DNA from: a bacterium
Lineage (GTDB): Bacteria; Patescibacteriota; Minisyncoccia; Moranbacterales; UBA2206
Reading direction: 5' to 3'
NCBI GenBank assembly: GCA_029567195.1
Contig: JAKQLJ010000023.1
Location: 4,626 to 68,625, forward strand
DNA length: 64,000 bases
The notes under the pieces were generated by a model. It saw only the letters and a list, made by a program, of their open reading frames with translations. It searched no databases and was not told where the DNA came from. The position numbers were made by a program, and so were the translations under genes. Of the stretch, positions 33,932 to 42,020 are shown one piece after another; within the stretch, counting starts at the first letter, position 1; the number at the start of each line of letters is the position of its first letter.

Positions 33932-34336
33932 ATGAAAAAGATCAGTATTCTGTTGGTGTTGGTGTGTTTTGTCGTGGCGGCGGCCGTTCCGGCTTTCGCT
34001 CAACAGCCCCCGAGGGGGATGAAGACCGCTCGGACGTATATCACGCCGAGTGGTGGACATTCTTCGGAGTCCAGGGATGCCGTTCGCGTGGACGGATTCC
34101 GGGTTGGCTTCTGGGGAGCACCGTGCTGCCCCATGGACAAGCCTGGGATGCTTCAGCGATGGGTGTGCGATGAAAATGAAATTTTCAATGCCATTTTCAC
34201 CACCGAAGCTGAGGCCAAGGAGTTCATCAGGAATCCCCAAAGAGGGAGATCCTGGAGATCGGCCATAGACAATACCCCGCTTGTTCCCGATCCCAGCGCT
34301 CCCAAGGCCCGGCAAGCAACCTTGCCCATGAAGTAA
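33932..34336 (+). CDS. Orphan secreted protein P2 (134 aa)
   Basis: SD caggaggaaaaagccATG. Signal peptide MKKISILLVLVCFVVAAAVPAFA|QQ. No family was recognised. Confidence 0.75.
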   Translation: MKKISILLVLVCFVVAAAVPAFAQQPPRGMKTARTYITPSGGHSSESRDAVRVDGFRVGFWGAPCCPMDKPGMLQRWVCDENEIFNAIFTTEAEAKEFIRNPQRGRSWRSAIDNTPLVPDPSAPKARQATLPMK

Positions 34337-34345
34337 CATCTTTCA

Positions 34346-34385
34346 GACCCCCCGGCCGGATTTCCGGTTCGGGGGTCGTTTTTTA
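34346..34385 (+). terminator. Intrinsic terminator between P2 and P3
   Basis: gacccccc-ggccggatttccggtt-cgggggtc followed by gtttttt. Confidence 0.8.
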
Positions 34386-34398
34386 TAGGAGATAGCCC

Positions 34399-34752
34399 AT
34401 GGCAATAAAGGTAGTTTTTCGACCGGGGAGATGGAGAGGAACGCCCAAAAAGGGCACAATGACACCGCGAAAGAGTGTCGGATGGGTTAAGGACAGCGCT
34501 GGAGACGAATGGGAAGTTCTTTTCTGGCAAGTGAAAAACAAGTTGTCAGCCGCCCAATTTCTCATTCGCGCTGACCTTTCCGTAGGAAGAAAGATATTTT
34601 TCTCCACAGAAGAGGAAGCGCGAGCATGGTTGGCCAATCCGATTCTTCCGACGCTGGAAGAAATCAAGAAAGAATTGGCCAAATGCGAGTGGCATGAACC
34701 CAGCAAGGGTCTCATTCAGGTATGGATGGACTTCTGGCGGGAGGAAGAATAG
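34399..34752 (+). CDS. Cytoplasmic paralog P3 (117 aa) of secreted P2
   Basis: SD aggaga 6 nt before the ATG and no signal peptide. It shares V.FW-(22 aa)-IF..F[ST]TE.EA[KR]..[IL].NP with P2. Confidence 0.65.
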   Translation: MAIKVVFRPGRWRGTPKKGTMTPRKSVGWVKDSAGDEWEVLFWQVKNKLSAAQFLIRADLSVGRKIFFSTEEEARAWLANPILPTLEEIKKELAKCEWHEPSKGLIQVWMDFWREEE

Positions 34753-34757
34753 CAGTA

Positions 34758-34795
34758 AATCCCCGGAGAGAATAATCTCTTCCGGGGATTTTTTT
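34758..34795 (+). terminator. Intrinsic terminator after P3
   Basis: aatccccggagaga-ataa-tctcttccggggattttttt. Confidence 0.85.
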
Positions 34796-34828
34796 AAGAA
34801 GGAAATTTGGCAAATTTTTTATTGATTA

Positions 34829-34857
34829 TTGACAGGAATGCATAATTGGTGTAGTAT
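34829..34857 (+). promoter_or_regulatory. Sigma70-type promoter for P4
   Basis: TTGACA (34829-34834), 17 nt, TAGTAT (34852-34857). Confidence 0.6.
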
Positions 34858-34925
34858 TCAATATCAAAGAATGTTGGCTCGATGTAAGGTTGCTTTGAAA
34901 AATACAGGAAAAAAGGAGAAAGTTT

Positions 34926-35753
34926 ATGAAAAAAGTTCTTTTTATTTTGGTTGTTTTAGCTCTGGCAATGGCAGTCGGGACGGATGTTTTTGCGGCATTC
35001 AATCCGCCGCTCGTAAGAGGAGAGACTTATTTCCTGAAAAACCCCAATCCGTGGGATGGAGATCCGGTGTATTTCGGTCTAAATTATCGGGTCAGGGAGG
35101 GAAACAATCCTCTTGAGGTGGAACGCATGATAGCATGCGTTCCCGCCAAAGATTTGTTTAACGACGAAAGTCGTGGAAACGAACTTTTGGTTGTTCCCTG
35201 GATCACTGGCGTACACCCGGACGAAAGCGACGTAAATCACCTGAGGGGTATGTGGCTCACGGAAGCTGGATGCTTTTCTTGCGAAGGCAGGAGCGCATAC
35301 CAGTCGGCCAGGTTCATGGACGGGAAAAGCACTTACGACAAAGTGCTGAAGGGAACGGATCGGGTAAATATTTACCCCAGGATGGTCCTTCCCGGTTCAT
35401 CCGCTCCTGGAACCCTTTTATCCTGGATGAGAAACCATGTCTATTGGACGAGACTTTTCGGGGGGCATTATTCCGGTTTTTCTTTTAGGATAAAGGAGAA
35501 CCGGACTCCGGCAGATGTGGAAATCATGGTCCTTTGTGTCGGTGGCGTTCCGACTCCTTGGATTAGTGGGATTCGCCTCCTTCAAAAGGATCTTGTCGCG
35601 TTAAGAGCCCTTTACGGTTCAGGATGTTTCACCTGCGCTGGAGTGCCGGAATACGGTCTGGCTGTTCCGACAGACGGGCGTGACGATCCTTATGTGAGAC
35701 GTTACAGAAAACCGACAGGGGTTCCCAAGATTTCTTTTCCGTCCAATCCATAA
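34926..35753 (+). CDS. Orphan secreted protein P4 (275 aa) with an internal duplication carrying GCF[ST]C.G motifs
   Basis: SD aaaggagaaagtttATG. Signal peptide ..AMAVGTDVFA|AF. Repeat A is VERMIACV..PWITGV..LRGMWLTEAGCFSCEG and repeat B is VEIMVLCV..PWISGI..LRALYGSGCFTCAG. Confidence 0.75.
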   Translation: MKKVLFILVVLALAMAVGTDVFAAFNPPLVRGETYFLKNPNPWDGDPVYFGLNYRVREGNNPLEVERMIACVPAKDLFNDESRGNELLVVPWITGVHPDESDVNHLRGMWLTEAGCFSCEGRSAYQSARFMDGKSTYDKVLKGTDRVNIYPRMVLPGSSAPGTLLSWMRNHVYWTRLFGGHYSGFSFRIKENRTPADVEIMVLCVGGVPTPWISGIRLLQKDLVALRALYGSGCFTCAGVPEYGLAVPTDGRDDPYVRRYRKPTGVPKISFPSNP

Positions 35754-35768
35754 GGGCCAGCGCGACCA

Positions 35769-35806
35769 GCGGCCGAATTTTCCAAAAGGAAGTTCGGCCG
35801 TTTTTT
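35769..35806 (+). terminator. Intrinsic terminator after P4
   Basis: cggccgaa-ttttccaaaaggaag-ttcggccg followed by ttttttt. Confidence 0.85.
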
Positions 35807-35912
35807 TATCGCAAATTTTTCGGACGCAAAAAATCAGGTTCAAACGCCTGCTTTTTTTGTATTTCAATATTCAATAAAAAGTATTATTTTTCCCTCAAGT
35901 GGCTTAATTTTG

Positions 35913-36842
35913 TCATTTTCTTTTCATAAAATCCACGCAGCCTTCCTTGATGGCTAGGGTGCATTTACAATGCGGCACAACACATTTTTTTATTCTGTCG
36001 TGAAGATTCATTTTGTTTTGGAAAATATTACCCAAATTTTCATGATCATGAGGACAACGGGTAATGGATCCGTTGGGATTGATGCGGATGAGCTTATTTC
36101 CGGCGCTGCAAGGAACGCCCAAAAAGGACAGATTTTCAAAGCTGGCCGCTCTGTCGATTTCCGATGGAATAGAATCATAGAAAATTTTTCGCTCTTGGGC
36201 GGTATAGTTTTGAGGATAACTTTTGCCGTCATATTGCCCTCTGAAAACCTTGGCCTCCAGCTTAAATCCTTCTTTTTCAAACTTTTCATACACTTCCTTA
36301 AACCGCGGAATAAGCGGCGGATACATCACATAATTTATTTCCGTTCTAAATCCGGCTGCTCGCAATTTTTTTACTTTTTCCAACAATTCATCAACAGAAA
36401 GGCATTGGCGTTCCCGTTCTCCCAGATGCATGGAAATATAGAAAGACCAGATATTTTTTGGACTGACTTTTTTAATAAATTCATCGATCGGCAGGCTGAG
36501 GTTTGTTCCGATGGTGATAAGATGATTTTGGGATAATTTTTCCACAATATCGACAAATTTAGGATATACGAACGGTTCTCCGCCGGAAATCATAATCCAC
36601 CAGCGCTTTCCGATCCCGTCAAAAAAACGGCTGATTTCATCCGGAGTGATGAAGCGGGTTTTATACGGATTAATAGCGGGCACTTTTTTTCTCACCCAAT
36701 CTCCCAGTCTTGTTTTCATGCTTCTTTGCGAGTCGTCATAAAAACAATACGGGCAATGAAAATTGCATTCCATATTGATAAGCCACATGGCAATTTTGTC
36801 GTAATCTTTTTTTTGAGGAGATTGTATTTTTTCGTTTTCCAT
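35913..36842 (-). CDS. Radical SAM enzyme with a Cys-rich C-terminal (SPASM/twitch-like) extension
   Basis: CNFHCPYC is the CX3CX2C cluster motif. ISGGEPF is the SAM-binding motif. The C-terminus reads GVPCSAGNKLIRINPNGSITRC..H..KKCVVPHCKCTLAIKEGC. Confidence 0.8.
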   Translation of the reverse strand: MENEKIQSPQKKDYDKIAMWLINMECNFHCPYCFYDDSQRSMKTRLGDWVRKKVPAINPYKTRFITPDEISRFFDGIGKRWWIMISGGEPFVYPKFVDIVEKLSQNHLITIGTNLSLPIDEFIKKVSPKNIWSFYISMHLGERERQCLSVDELLEKVKKLRAAGFRTEINYVMYPPLIPRFKEVYEKFEKEGFKLEAKVFRGQYDGKSYPQNYTAQERKIFYDSIPSEIDRAASFENLSFLGVPCSAGNKLIRINPNGSITRCPHDHENLGNIFQNKMNLHDRIKKCVVPHCKCTLAIKEGCVDFMKRK

Positions 36843-36849
36843 AAATATT

Positions 36850-38301
36850 TTAGTTTGGTTTTTTAATATATTCCTGGCTCATTCCCAGCCAACTGCCAAG
36901 CATTGTCCAGGCAAAAATTTGATAAATAAAATCCATTGAAGGCGCTTCAACCATTGATATCAAAACCATAATGCCGAAAAGAGCCAGCGGAATGGCGCCC
37001 AAAAAGCGAAAATCAACTTCCAGATCGTATTTTCCAAAAACTAATTTTTCTATTTTCTTGGGATAATGCAGAAAACTTTTGGCGGCATAAAAAAGAGCGC
37101 CGGACATATAAAGGAAAAAACCGAAAAGACCCAAAATACCCCCTTCCAGCAAGAATCTGATGGCATCATTATGCGGATAAACGTTGCCCGTTTCTTTTCC
37201 TTGGACATTCCTGATCACTTCCTCAAATGATCCGATGCCATAGCCGGTCATAATTTTTTTCCTGGCTTCAAAAATGGCCATACCCCATATATCAAAACGT
37301 CCGTAAAGGGAATCGAACATATACCGATCAAAAACGCCTAGAATCCTCTCGCGGGTTTTTTCTATGATAAACATCAAAGAAATGGCCAGTGCTCCAAAAT
37401 AGGCTATAAACGGCCTAAAAATGGGTTTCATCATGGCCAATATCGCCAAAGAAACTGCAAAACCCACCCAAGCGGTTCGGGAATAGGTGGATATCAGAAG
37501 CGGAACCAGAATCAGAAAAGGAAGGATGCGAGCCAGAACGATATGGGAACTTCGCATCTTTTTTATGTTTGTTCCAAAAAAAGCGAACATGGCCACTGTG
37601 AGCACGACAAATAAAAACGATCCAAAGGTATTGGAATGGGGCAATGTTCCGCTGATTCTTCCCAAAGTGGAGTCAGCTTCAAAAAAATAACTGCCGGTGG
37701 CCAGCTGAATTATTCCGACGGTAGCCGGAATAATGGAAGAAAGAATAATCGTAAAAATGGTTTTTAGATAACCGTTTTTTGTTCCTAAAAAAAGATAGCC
37801 CAGAAAATAAGCGGCAAAACCGGAAATAAAATAAAGCTCAAAGGCTATGCCGTAAATTTTGAAATCGGACTGAAAAAAAGACACCAAACTTATCAGAACG
37901 ACGATTGACAGGATAAAAAACAGCGGCACTTTGATTATCTTCAATCCCCTTTTCCAAATTTCCACCCCTCCTAAAAACACCAAGAAAATACAGGCGAGAG
38001 AAAAAGGATTTATATACAAATCTTCAATCGGAAAAAATGCCTGGAAAAAAGAACCGACATTGGTTTGGTATTTATCCAGACCAATAAGAACCGGCAAAAA
38101 AAATATAAGGCCCAGAAAAACACCGGCCGCTTTATAAAAAGAAATAACCAGAAGAATGAGAAATAAAAAAACGCCCAAAATTAGCTTAAAGTTTTCAGCA
38201 ATGTTGCCCAAAATAAGAATATATGAGAAAGACAAAGCAGCGATTATAAGCAAATAAGCGTAGGCAACCGAAGATTTATTGGATTTTTGGTTTGTTTCCA
38301 T
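36850..38301 (-). CDS. O-antigen ligase/polymerase (Wzy_C)-like polytopic membrane protein
   Basis: About 12 predicted TM helices and the YSRTAWVGFAVSLAIL motif typical of the O-antigen ligase family. It lies 7 nt upstream of the radical SAM gene on the same strand. Confidence 0.7.
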   Translation of the reverse strand: METNQKSNKSSVAYAYLLIIAALSFSYILILGNIAENFKLILGVFLFLILLVISFYKAAGVFLGLIFFLPVLIGLDKYQTNVGSFFQAFFPIEDLYINPFSLACIFLVFLGGVEIWKRGLKIIKVPLFFILSIVVLISLVSFFQSDFKIYGIAFELYFISGFAAYFLGYLFLGTKNGYLKTIFTIILSSIIPATVGIIQLATGSYFFEADSTLGRISGTLPHSNTFGSFLFVVLTVAMFAFFGTNIKKMRSSHIVLARILPFLILVPLLISTYSRTAWVGFAVSLAILAMMKPIFRPFIAYFGALAISLMFIIEKTRERILGVFDRYMFDSLYGRFDIWGMAIFEARKKIMTGYGIGSFEEVIRNVQGKETGNVYPHNDAIRFLLEGGILGLFGFFLYMSGALFYAAKSFLHYPKKIEKLVFGKYDLEVDFRFLGAIPLALFGIMVLISMVEAPSMDFIYQIFAWTMLGSWLGMSQEYIKKPN

Positions 38302-38370
38302 GTTAAAATATCAATAGTTGGATTTGCTTAACATTATGATAGCCATTTTATAGGAATAATTTTTGTCCGC

Positions 38371-38490
38371 TGTCATTCCCGCGCAGGCCATGCCTACTGG
38401 CAGGCAGGCCTGCCTGCCAGTAGGCAGGCGAAAATCCAGTCTTCATAATCTAGCTTGTTTTCTGGATTCCCAATCAAGTTGGGAATGACA
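38371..38490. repeat. GC-rich composite palindromic repeat, copy 4
   Basis: tgtcattcccgcgcaggccatgcctactggcaggcaggcctgcctgccagtaggcaggcg...ctggattcccaatcaagttgggaatgaca. It shares termini and ctgcctgccagtaggca with copy 3. Confidence 0.8.
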
Positions 38491-38560
38491 TCAGGAAGAA
38501 ACTTAATATGAGTTCTCTTACCCTAAAATTATAGCATATTTATGCTAATTTATAAAAAAT

Positions 38561-39793
38561 ATGAATTCAGATAAAGTCATTCTTTTTCTTTCCGAAATGC
38601 CTGTCACTAACGGGATTATCCAGGCCCAGATGTTGCCCGTTGTCTTTGAAGCGGCTAAAAAAGGCTACCGGGTTAAAATAATAGAAACTGTCGGCCGTTT
38701 TGACAGCCAGGAAAAATATCGTTCGGAGCTGGAAAAAAAGCTGGAAGAAAACAATGTGGAAATTGAAAAAATTACCGTTCCCCGACACACTTTTTTACCT
38801 TCTATTTTTTATTTCTCTTTCCGATCCCGTCGGATAATCAAAAACATCATCAAAAATAGCGGCGATAAATCATTTTTGGTCTATGCTAGAAATTATAAAT
38901 TCACTCCCCTGCTTCTTTGGATAAGTCGCTGTTACAAAATACCTTTTGTCTACAGTCCGCGCGGAGCTTATGTGGCAGAAAGAAAATTTTATCGCCGAAT
39001 AAAAGATATCGCTTACGCTTCAAGAATAAAAAGTTTGGAGAAAAAAGCCATTTTGAAAAGTGCGGCCACTATTTTTGAAACAGAAAATTTTAAAAACCAC
39101 ATTGCCGACTCCTATGGAATAAAAAATGCCAATTTAACGGTTATTCCCAATTTTTATGACGCTTCTTTACTGCCTCCTTCTGATTGGAACAGGGAGAAAA
39201 TGCGGCAAAAATTAGGAATAAGCGGCAAAAACGTTATTGTTTATGCCGGAACGGTAGAAGTGTGGTATGAATTTGAAAAAATGTTTGATTTGGTTTCCCG
39301 CCTCAAAAAAAATGATTCTCGCATTTTTTTTCAATTATTTTTGAAAGAAGATTACGCCAGGGATGAATCCAGAGATATTCTTAATAATCTGGAAAATCGG
39401 GCTTTAAAATTCGGACTCAAAAAAGGCGAGGATTTTAATCTGTCCTCGTATCCTCCAAAAGAAAGGTATTATTATTTGGCCGCTTGTGATGCCGGCATTT
39501 GCCTCACTACGTCTAATGAATTTAAGACAATAATGATGTATCTGAAACTCGTTGATTATCTGGGAGCCGGATTGCCCATTATTGTCAATCAGGAAGTGCT
39601 GGAGGCGAAAAAAATCATCCAGGAAGCTAATGCCGGATATACAGTAGATTATAATGATTGGGAAGCATCCGTTTCCCAAATCAAGACCGAAAGTCTTTTT
39701 GATAAAACCAATATCAAAAGAGATAAAATCCAAGCTTATTCTTCAGAAAAGGTCATTTCTCTTTATTTCGATCTTTTTGCTTCAGTGTTTTGA
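38561..39793 (+). CDS. Glycosyltransferase (GT-B, GT4-like)
   Basis: C-terminal GT-B pattern (VIVYAGTVEVWYEFEKMFDLV...GLPIIVN). Its 3' end overlaps the convergent gene by 31 nt. Confidence 0.6.
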   Translation: MNSDKVILFLSEMPVTNGIIQAQMLPVVFEAAKKGYRVKIIETVGRFDSQEKYRSELEKKLEENNVEIEKITVPRHTFLPSIFYFSFRSRRIIKNIIKNSGDKSFLVYARNYKFTPLLLWISRCYKIPFVYSPRGAYVAERKFYRRIKDIAYASRIKSLEKKAILKSAATIFETENFKNHIADSYGIKNANLTVIPNFYDASLLPPSDWNREKMRQKLGISGKNVIVYAGTVEVWYEFEKMFDLVSRLKKNDSRIFFQLFLKEDYARDESRDILNNLENRALKFGLKKGEDFNLSSYPPKERYYYLAACDAGICLTTSNEFKTIMMYLKLVDYLGAGLPIIVNQEVLEAKKIIQEANAGYTVDYNDWEASVSQIKTESLFDKTNIKRDKIQAYSSEKVISLYFDLFASVF

Positions 39794-40803
39794 TCGTCAG
39801 CTATAATTTTTTGGAGGTATGCCATGTCCTTTTTCCATCTTTCCTTGTCTTTTTCCAAAAACATTTCAATTCTTCCTTTTATTTCAAAGCGGTTTTTCCA
39901 AACCTCTTTTATTTTTTCCTCCATATCAAGTGGAGTATGGTCGGTAAAAGTGGCGATGGAATCGAAATAATGGCGTAAAACTTCCGAATCGCTGGTAACG
40001 AAAGGCTTCTGAAGAGCCAAGATTTCCCGAATGGACCAAAGGACGGTATCTTTTCTTTTGGTGAGCGCCAGCACAATATCCGATTTTTCCATCAGTTTTA
40101 TAAACTCTTTATGTTTCAGATATCCGGTAAGAACAATATTTTTCGGTAATTTTATTTTTGTTTCATAATCCAACTTTCCAGCATCACCGGTCACAAAAAA
40201 TAGGGCTTCCGGCATTTTGGCTGCCAATTGAAAAACTTCCCTGTGGGCGTCATCATTAGCAAATCTGTTTACCATGAAAACTTTAAAATCCATTTGGCTT
40301 TTCAGTTTGTTTTTGAGTCGAATGGGCAATTCCACTTCCTCTTCTCCTAAAAGTTCTTCTTTTTTAGGATTATAAAATTGTAAAACGTAACTGTTTTTTA
40401 TGCCCCACAAATCCAAAAATTCTTGGTTTTTATAATTATGAACGGTATTAAGAAGAGCTCTTTTGGCAAAAAACCTGCTTAAAAAATGAAAGAATTTCCA
40501 TTTTTTGTCGATGAAACCGGCCGTATGGGTATCAATTATATAGCTGGTTTTGTATAATTTTGAATACCAATAAACCACCAAAACCGCAAAAATGGGCGGA
40601 CTTTGAACAAAAATAACATCCGGTTTTATTTTCCTCAGTTTTTTCCAGGTGTCAATGGCCTGATCGATATAACGGAAAAGAATGGGATTTTTGAAATTTC
40701 CTCTTTTGGGAATATAGGAAATTACCAAATCAGCTCCGATTTCCCGGGCCAAAAATTCGCTCAGCTTTACTTCCCTTACCCAGATAACAAAAGCTTTTTT
40801 CAT
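39763..40803 (-). CDS. Glycosyltransferase-like protein (GT-B fold)
   Basis: Position within the glycan locus, and a Rossmann-like N-terminus MKKAFVIWVRE.. plus the C-terminal half FFVTGDAGKL..LTGYL..EFIKLMEKSDIVLALT. Confidence 0.5.
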   Translation of the reverse strand: MKKAFVIWVREVKLSEFLAREIGADLVISYIPKRGNFKNPILFRYIDQAIDTWKKLRKIKPDVIFVQSPPIFAVLVVYWYSKLYKTSYIIDTHTAGFIDKKWKFFHFLSRFFAKRALLNTVHNYKNQEFLDLWGIKNSYVLQFYNPKKEELLGEEEVELPIRLKNKLKSQMDFKVFMVNRFANDDAHREVFQLAAKMPEALFFVTGDAGKLDYETKIKLPKNIVLTGYLKHKEFIKLMEKSDIVLALTKRKDTVLWSIREILALQKPFVTSDSEVLRHYFDSIATFTDHTPLDMEEKIKEVWKNRFEIKGRIEMFLEKDKERWKKDMAYLQKIIADDQNTEAKRSK

Positions 40804-40813
40804 AGTTTTTTGA

Positions 40814-42016
40814 TTAATTTATTTCGGGGAAAAGACTGTCATAAGCCTTCATCAATTCTTCTTTGGAAAAGGAAGAATTAAATTTTTCCTCTATCCTTGC
40901 TTTGCCTTTTTCTCCCATTTTTTTTCTCATTTCCGGATTATCTGCCAAAAAGACCACCGCTCTGGCAAATTCTTTCTCATTATTGCCCTTTATATAAATG
41001 GCCGCGTCTTCCGCGCTCGTTCTGGCTTCTTTTAAATCATAAGAAACAATCGGCAATCCGGCGGACATATATTCCAATACCTTGTTATGCAGGGAATTAT
41101 CCGTATAGTCATTTTTTGGTTCCGGCATCAATCCGATGACAGAAGAAAAAAGATAAGTGGAAATGATTTCTTTGTCCGCCCAACCGGTAAAAATAACATT
41201 ATTTTCTATTTCCAATTCCTGGCTCATACGGACCAGGCGCTCAAAATCATCGCCATCGCCCATCAGTACAAAACCGATATCGTTTCTTTTGAAGTCGTGA
41301 ACAATAATTCTTAAGCTTCGCAAAAGTTTGTCTACGCCATCTTGAGGCCCCATCACGCCAATATAAGCGCCCAGATAAGAAAATCTTTTCTTTGCTTCTT
41401 TGGACTTCAATTCATTAACCAAAGTCATATTTATTTGTCCCAGATCCGGAGCGGAACGGACGATAAAGTTCTTGGGTTTGATTTTAACTCGGGATAAAAC
41501 TTTTTCCTGGCCGGATCGGCAAGTGGCAATGTGGACGGCGCATGTTTTATAGCTCAATCTTTCAAACATAAGAAGGAGCTTATAAAAAAAGCTGTCTTTA
41601 TTTTTGTAAAATTTGCACAGCATCATTTCCGGCATCAGGTCATGCTGATCATAAACAAATTTTACTCCAAAAAGACGGAAGATTAAAGCGATGGAAAAGA
41701 AAAAATCAGGCGGATTAGCAGTGTGAATAATGGAAAATCCGCGCTTAAAGTATATCTTGATAGCCAGATAGAAAGTCATTAAATAAGAATACAGATATTC
41801 CCAAAAATAACTCATATATCCATGAGCTTTCGGTGCCTCAAGATAACGATAAATATGAATGCCGTCAATTTCTTCCTTCTTTTTTTGATCTTTTTTTCGA
41901 GGAGAAATAACGGAAACTAAAAAGCCGTTCTCTCTAAGAGTTTTTGCTTCCATCCACACCCGGCGATCCTGGGGAACGGGCAAATTTTGCACCAAAAATA
42001 AAACGGACTTTTTCAT
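40814..42016 (-). CDS. Family 4 glycosyltransferase
   Basis: MKKSVLFLVQNLPVPQDRRVW N-terminus, and FTGW...PE..D..DNSLHNKVLEYMSAGLPIVSYD (the EX7E region). Confidence 0.8.
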   Translation of the reverse strand: MKKSVLFLVQNLPVPQDRRVWMEAKTLRENGFLVSVISPRKKDQKKKEEIDGIHIYRYLEAPKAHGYMSYFWEYLYSYLMTFYLAIKIYFKRGFSIIHTANPPDFFFSIALIFRLFGVKFVYDQHDLMPEMMLCKFYKNKDSFFYKLLLMFERLSYKTCAVHIATCRSGQEKVLSRVKIKPKNFIVRSAPDLGQINMTLVNELKSKEAKKRFSYLGAYIGVMGPQDGVDKLLRSLRIIVHDFKRNDIGFVLMGDGDDFERLVRMSQELEIENNVIFTGWADKEIISTYLFSSVIGLMPEPKNDYTDNSLHNKVLEYMSAGLPIVSYDLKEARTSAEDAAIYIKGNNEKEFARAVVFLADNPEMRKKMGEKGKARIEEKFNSSFSKEELMKAYDSLFPEIN

Positions 42017-42020
42017 TTGG

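Noticed and set aside
33212-35867. Many overlapping ORFs in the track inside the G+C-rich island: 33212..33547 -, 33292..33501 -, 33355..33666 +, 33853..34173 +, 33899..34339 -, 34050..34268 +, 34153..34530 -, 34383..34715 -, 34829..35116 +, 35252..35488 +, 35619..35867 -.
   Set aside because: They lack SDs and signal sequences. They have Arg/Gly/Pro/Ser-rich compositions typical of off-frame translation of GC-rich DNA. They overlap ORFs that do have full expression signals.
35970-36536. 188-aa + strand ORF antisense to the radical SAM gene. Similar antisense ORFs lie in htrA (47947..48474), rfbB (27878..28372) and the GT genes (57735..58181, 59359..59890, 61060..61626).
   Set aside because: The opposite-strand genes have clear family motifs. 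The antisense ORFs are low-complexity and lack ribosome-binding sites.
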